A DNA stretch of 64,000 nucleotides from Squalus acanthias (taxonomy: Eukaryota): positions 55,182,001 through 55,246,000 of the forward strand of contig CM059438.1 of NCBI GenBank assembly GCA_030390025.1, written 5' to 3'. The notes below the pieces were generated by a model. That model was not told the DNA's origin and ran no database searches. It worked only from the letters and a program-made list of their open reading frames with translations. The translations under genes and the position numbers were made by a program. Positions 58,015 to 64,000 of the stretch are shown here, one piece after another. The first letter of the stretch is position 1; each line of letters opens with the position of its first letter.

Positions 58015-59500
58015 CCAGATGAAATAAACATAGTGAAAGAGGAAGTATTAAGGGGTTTAGCATCTTTGAAAGTGGATAAATCCCTAGGCCCGGATGAAAT
58101 GTATCCCAGACTGTTAAGAGAAGTAAGAGAGGAAGTAGCACAGGCTCTGACCATCATTTTCCAATCCTCTCTGGCTACAAGTGTGGTGCCAGAGGACTGG
58201 AGGACTGCTAATGTGGTGCCGTTGTTTAAAAAGGGAGAAAAGGATAGACCGAATAATTACAGGCCAGTCAGCCGAACCTTGGTGGTGGGAAAATTATTGG
58301 AAAAAATTCTGAGGGACAGGATAAATCTTCATTTAGAAAGACACGGATTAATCAGGGACAGTCAGCACGGATTTGTTAAGGGAAGGTCATGTCTGACTAA
58401 CTTGATTGAAATTTTTGAGGAGGTAACAGGGAGGGTCGATGAGGGTAGTGCGTTTGATGTAGTCTATACGGATTTTAGTAAGGCTTTTGATAAGGTCTCG
58501 TATGGCAGACTGGTCACGAAAGTAAAAGCCCATGGGATCCAAGGCAAAGTGGCAAGTTGGATCCAAAATTGGCTCAGAGGCAGAAAGCAGAGGGTAATGG
58601 TCGAAGGGTGTTTTTGTGACTGGAAGGCTGTTTCCTGTGGGGTTCCGCAGGGCTCAGTACTGGGTCCTTTGCTTTTTGTGGTATATATCAATGATTTGGA
58701 CTTGAATGTAGGAAATATGACTAAGAAGTTTGCAGATGATACAAAAATTGGCCGTGTGGTTGATAATGAAGAAGGAAGCTGTAGACTGCAGGAAGATATC
58801 AATGGACTGGTCAGGTGGGCAGAACAGTGGCAAATGGAATTCAATCCGGAGAAGTGTGAGGTAATACATTTGGGGAGGGCTAACAAGGAAAGGGAATACA
58901 CATTAAATGGTAGGACACTGAGTAGTGTAGAGGAACAAAGGGACCTTGGAGTGCATGTCCACAGATCCCTGAAGGTAGCAGGCCAAGTAGATAAGGTGGT
59001 TAAGAAGGCATACGGGATACTTGCCTTTATTAGCCGAGGCATAGAGTACAAGAGCAGGGAGGTTATGCTTGAACTGTATAAATTACTAGTTAGGCTACAG
59101 CTAGAGCACTGCGTGCAGTTCTGGTCACCACATTACAGGAAGGATGTGATTGCACTAGAGAGGGTGCAGAGGAGATTTACGAGGGTGTTGCCTGGGCTGG
59201 GGAATTTTATCTATGAGGAAAGATTGGATAGGCTGGGGTTGTTTTCTTTGGAACAGAGGAGGCTGAGGGGAGAACTAATTGAGGTGTATAAAATTATGAG
59301 GGGCCTAGATAGAGTGGATAGGAAGGACCTATTTCCCTTAGCAGAAGGGTCAATAACCAGGGGGCATAGATTTAAAGTAACTGGTCGGAGGTTTAGAGGG
59401 GATTTCAGGAGAATTTTTTTCACCCAGAGGGTGGTGGGGGTCTGGAACTCATTGCTTGAAAGGGTGGTAGAGGCAGAGACCCTCATCAGATTTAAAAAGT
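58015..59500 (+). mobile_element. CR1 LINE RT region
   Basis: ORF 57961-59586 with a complete RT motif set; 3' end replaced by SINE sequence. Confidence 0.92.
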
Positions 59501-59665
59501 ACATCACTAAAGCAGATTATCTGGCCATTATCACACAGCTGCTTGTGGGATCTTGCTGTGCTGCATTTCCTACATTACAACAGTGACTACACTTCAAAAG
59601 TACTTCATTGGCTGTAAAGCGCTTTGGAACGTCCTGAGGTCGTAAAAGGTACTATGGAAATGCAA
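59500..59665 (+). mobile_element. Deu-domain SINE 3' part
   Basis: Matches 31499-31665. Confidence 0.75.
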
Positions 59666-59697
59666 GCGCGAGCGATCAGGAAGAGGTGTGCACATAC

Positions 59698-59809
59698 ATG
59701 GTGTTGTTACGCTGCACATTTCAATGGTACAGGCAACATGAGTCGACTGCCTCCCATCTGGATCAACAAAGGTTCGCTCTTCCCCAGTCACCAAGTCGCA
59801 TGGTACTCC
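59698..59809 (-). CDS. SUPV3L1: SUPV3L1 exon 6
   Basis: GVPCDLVTGEERTFVDPDGRQSTHVACTIEMCSVTTP; AAG acceptor, GTATGT donor; 112 bp. Confidence 0.95.
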
Positions 59810-61284
59810 CTTCAAATAAACAAAACACAAGCACTTCAAATACCTTTCAGAAAGAACATAAGGAATAGGAGCAGGAGTCGGCCATTCAGCCCCTCCAGTC
59901 TGCTCCTGGACATCTCTACTTTTTCTAACTTTGAGATATGCCTGATTATATTAGGCTGGCAAGGGCAAAAAGATCACAATTTGCAAGCCTACATTGGAAC
60001 TCGCCTGTTCACATCACAGATTCAATGCCTCCAGTACCTTCCAATTCTCTGCCCATCTCTCCTGAAGATGCTGGCTCATTCTTCAAGGGCAGTACCTCGC
60101 CCAAGTGGCCACTGCTCATGTGTGAGTATTGACAGGCTGGTCCACCATGAGGGTCAGCTGATCCTGTCCTCAAGCACGCTCCACAGCAGGGGGCGCTGGA
60201 TGTGGAGTGGAGACACTGGCTGCCCATTTCCTGAGCTGGGGGCTGAGCGGATTGTGATGTCCCAACTGCGGTGCTGGCGGAGATGAGCTAACCCAGCACA
60301 AACTGAGCATCAGACCATCGACACGGCCCAGTCCCACCCTGGGCAATATTTACCCATTACAGCAAGTACTGGAAATTTTAATTTAAGGATTAGGAACAAA
60401 TGTAAACATAGCACATAAAAAGTAGCCCTGTAACAGCACCAGTGCTAATAGACTCCTACACATTCTGACTAATGACTTCCTTCAAATTACTGAAAGGCAT
60501 GGAATGAGGTGGAGTTAAATAAGTTGGTTAACTGAGACAATGGGCATAGAGTTAGAGGACACACGTAGAAAACTGTCTTGAACAAGGTTAGAGATTAGAA
60601 AATAGCCCAAATATACTGTGGAGTAACAGCCAGCAGAGGGAGCTGACTAGTATCTGCTGTGAATCAGATTAACAGTGAGGTGGTTAGGGAAGGAGGTTAA
60701 TGCCCCTAACGTAGCAGAGTCTACGACAGAATAATCAGACATGGGCTCTGCATGGAGGATATGTCCTTACTAGTGATATAAATTACATATGTATTCAGTT
60801 TCCCATTTTAAATTCATACATTTGTATTTTTATATGATACTTTTATATGGTTTATAGTTAAATAACAAAACTTAGGGCAACTTGTGAAACAGAGAGGTAG
60901 AGTTGTTTGGAGCAGGAGTTTCACTGCAGCACAAGCGGAGAAGCAGGGAGACACACTACAGCGCCACCACTGGCAGGAGGGTGTAATTACAGGGTGACAC
61001 GTTTACATAGGTACTTTCGATTATAAACGTGGACACAGGAGCTTAGAATGGAAAAAGCTGACAAAGTTGACACTCAGCAACTATACAATTGCACTTTCTA
61101 GCAGGGGGTCACAAGATAGCTCCTCTCCCTTGGCTCTGCAACACATGGTGCATTGGCCATTGAAGAAAATTACTTTTAAAAGTTCTAACCATTCTTAAAT
61201 GAAATCCATTGAGAATCTATAGAACACTAGCTGGACAGATTGTAAGCAAACATTTTCTATGTAGAATTCTTCAGACATACTGAC

Positions 61285-61453
61285 AGCATCATTGCTCTTT
61301 TGATAGATCTCGTGTGCGAGCAGTTTCAAAGGACCACAATAGACTCCCGACTTGGCTGCCAAGAAGCTCTGGATGGCGTGGTGTGTTTTTCCGCTGTTTG
61401 TTGGCCCAGCATGAAAGACAATCTTTCTCTGAATCGCTCTGGCCTCAGGGTAC
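61285..61453 (-). CDS. SUPV3L1: SUPV3L1 exon 5, Walker A motif
   Basis: [59 protein letters not shown] acceptor, GTCAGT donor; 169 bp. Confidence 0.96.
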
Positions 61454-61911
61454 CTGCAGTAAAACAACATTTGAGTATTAGCTACACGCTACAGGAAGGC
61501 AAACACTGAGCTGAGAGACAGGAACACTTCCCACACAGCCGAGAATCAGTGTATCGTTAGCCAAAATACCAGCAGACATACACTGGAACCTTATCACGAT
61601 AAACTCAGCACAACAAATGCCTTCTCTGGTGGTGCTAATAACGGGCTAAGGGGCTGAAAACCAATCAGTCCTCGGGGCGAGTTTTGTTTTATTAAGCTGT
61701 GAAGGGAAAACAGTTGAGTTCAGTATTGGGGGAGTGAAGAACAGCTGGAGCCTGTGATGTGTGGTACCTGCGCGATGTGGGGGGTCCTCGATCACCACAC
61801 GTTCAGTTCTGATGATGGGTGCACACCCCAAAGGTCATAACCCATGTGTTCTCTGATCAGTGGGAATGAGGAGATTGGTGTCAGCCCATACCATTAGGAA
61901 CCAGAACAGAA

Positions 61912-62215
61912 AGAAAGAATTTGCATTTATACAGTGCCTTCCATAGCCTCAGGGTGTCCCAAAGCACTTTACAGGCAATGAAACTCATTTGAAGTGTAGT
62001 CACTGTTGTAATGTAGGAAACGCGGCAGCCAATTTGCGCACAGCAAGGTCCCACAAACAGCAATGTGATAATGACAAGATAATCAGTTTTAGTGATGTTG
62101 AGTGAGGGATAAATATTGGCCAGGAAACCGGTGATAGCTCCCCTGCTCTTCTTTGAATAGTACCATGTTTACATCCACCTCAGCAGACGGGGCCTTTGTA
62201 TAACATCTCATCCAT
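61912..62215 (-). mobile_element. Deu-domain SINE
   Basis: Reverse complement of 31375-31670. Confidence 0.78.
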
Positions 62216-63070
62216 TGAACCAGAACACCAGTTTCTGGCTCCGGAACAGTTCCAATGGAGGAACCTGTTTGGGATGGAAAACAAGGAAAGCACAAGAGGG
62301 GAGAAATACGGTCACAGTCACCAAATTCCATGGCAATGTCTCTGATTGTGAATTCATGGAAGTACTTAATGGTATAGAGAAAGTAAACTGGGAACAGTAC
62401 GGTCAGATACAAGGCCAGGGTGTGAAGGGCAAGTTCAGGGCAGATGGTAGTAAGTATTTCTTTACAGAGACTGATGGACAGCTGGATCAGGTTACCGGGG
62501 ATGGTGGTTGAGGCCAGGACACTGGGCCCCAGCATGAAGCAGCTGGTGCCAATATGGAAATTGGGACTGGTATTCTGGAAGGATGAGCGTAAACTGGGTG
62601 AAGGGCATTCTTCATCCAAACCTGTCTTGTGAATTGAATTCAGAATTAAATTATCCCTTGATATAAACTCCAGTCTCTTAAAATGTACATTTAACGGAGA
62701 TAGCTGGTCTCAGCCGAGCTGGCGTCGGGACACTCTGACTGGCTGTGTTCACTAACTCCTTCAACAAGGAGATGCAGGTTGGGATTGGGGGCTTTGGGGC
62801 TCCGGAAGAGGAATGCTGTCTGTGGAGAGCAGCAAGCCAGGGTCGAAGAGTGGAAATGAGGGAGACCACGAGGGTTCCTGATCCGGATTGCTATTCAGTG
62901 ACCCCAGCAGGAGCATGGTCTTCAGGCGAGGGTCAGCTGTGATGCCCCCCTAACTGAACCTCACTGACTGGAACGATACCTAGCATCAGTTAGGGTCTTC
63001 AAGGGAGAAGGGGAGGGCAGAACATTGGAGGCAAAGATTGACGTCAGGTGGACAGTCTGCAGAACCTTAC

Positions 63071-63185
63071 CAGTTGGCCGGTAATCTTAGATCACTGATT
63101 TTGCGCAGATCCTCCATACAGTCCAACATTGGGAAGACTTGTTTGGCGTGTCTCATGAAATAAGGAAAGAGATCGTCAACGTGAC
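63071..63185 (-). CDS. SUPV3L1: SUPV3L1 coding exon (exon 4 by analogy to human); earlier exons lie beyond the window
   Basis: Encodes [41 protein letters not shown] acceptor and GTAAG donor; 115 bp, in phase with next exon. Confidence 0.93.
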
Positions 63186-63591
63186 CTACGAACAAAATTT
63201 CATCAAATTAAATAAGTTTGTGCAAAAGAAACACAGCCTTTCCACCAAATCAGTCGAAACACCAGGACATGGAGCCAGTCCCAGGTACATTAATGAGGAC
63301 CTTTACATCTCCACTTGTGAAGCACGGGGAGGGAAACAGCGTAAATGTTTTGTTTGATTCCATTTCAGTACAAATCAAAATGTGATGGTTCTGCTGCTGA
63401 TTTTCAGTTTCTGGGTTACGTATCACTCTTCCCAGGTCCACACACATTCCTGAGCCAGAGTGAGGTGTGAGAGAGTACCAGACATACACTCCCTCACAGG
63501 CCTGCCTCCCACGTGTGAGGTGAGGAGCGTCAAGGCTGTTGGGCGGGGCGGGGCAGGGCGGGCGGAGAGAGAGCTGGGGCTGCCAGGAGGG

Positions 63592-64000
63592 GAGAACACA
63601 GGAACAGGAGGAGGCCATTCAGCCCCTCGAGCCTGTTCCGCCATTCAATGAGATCATGGCTGATCTGCAACCTAACTCCATATACCCGCCTTTGGCCCAT
63701 TTCCCTTAATACCTATGGTTAACAAAAAGCTATCAATCTCAGATTTAAAATTAACAATTGATCTAGCATCAATTGCCGTTTGCGGAAGAGAGTTCCAAAC
63801 TTCTACCACCCTTTGTGTGTAGAAGTGTTTCCTAATTTCACTCCTGAGAGGTCTGGCTCTAGTTTTTAGACTATGCTCCTAGTCCTAGAATCCCCAACCA
63901 GTGGAAATAGTTTCTCTCTATCTAGCCTATCTGTTCCCCTTAATATCCTTTAACCTTCTAAATTCTAGGGAATACAACCCTAATTTGTGTAATCTCTCCT
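63592..64000 (-). mobile_element. CR1 LINE 3' end (runs off the window)
   Basis: GGCCATTCAGCCCCTCGAGCCTG 3' UTR and FYTQRVVEVWNSL coding remnant. Confidence 0.85.

Noticed and set aside
57961..59586. 541-aa plus-strand ORF as a host gene antisense to SUPV3L1
   Set aside because: Ordinary CR1 reverse transcriptase, 5'-truncated, ending in SINE sequence

Overview
Repeat-dense vertebrate genomic DNA, most likely a cartilaginous fish (inferred from the HE1-type and Deu-domain SINEs, abundant CR1 LINEs and Penelope elements). The minus strand carries the last 12 coding exons of SUPV3L1 (mitochondrial Suv3 RNA helicase, 63185 down to the stop at 26152). All have GT-AG boundaries and join in frame. 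Further downstream on the same strand are two hexokinase exons (2518-2370, 2272-2153), probably HKDC1 by synteny; its first exons were not found and may lie in the N-gap at 2622-2821. The rest is mostly nested mobile DNA and tandem arrays. Most interesting: (1) an intact full-length CR1 whose ORF2 has no upstream AUG and overlaps ORF1 at a U_UUA_AAC -1 slippery site also seen in two other copies; (2) a reconstructable single-ORF LINE with a tRNA-like (A/B box) 5' head and a matching head+tail SINE; (3) Penelope-type hammerhead ribozyme cores, including a ~200-bp palindromic element with two back-to-back cores; (4) a satellite that repeats 3' splice-site-like units next to the last SUPV3L1 exon. 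All calls are from manual reading; no searches were run.
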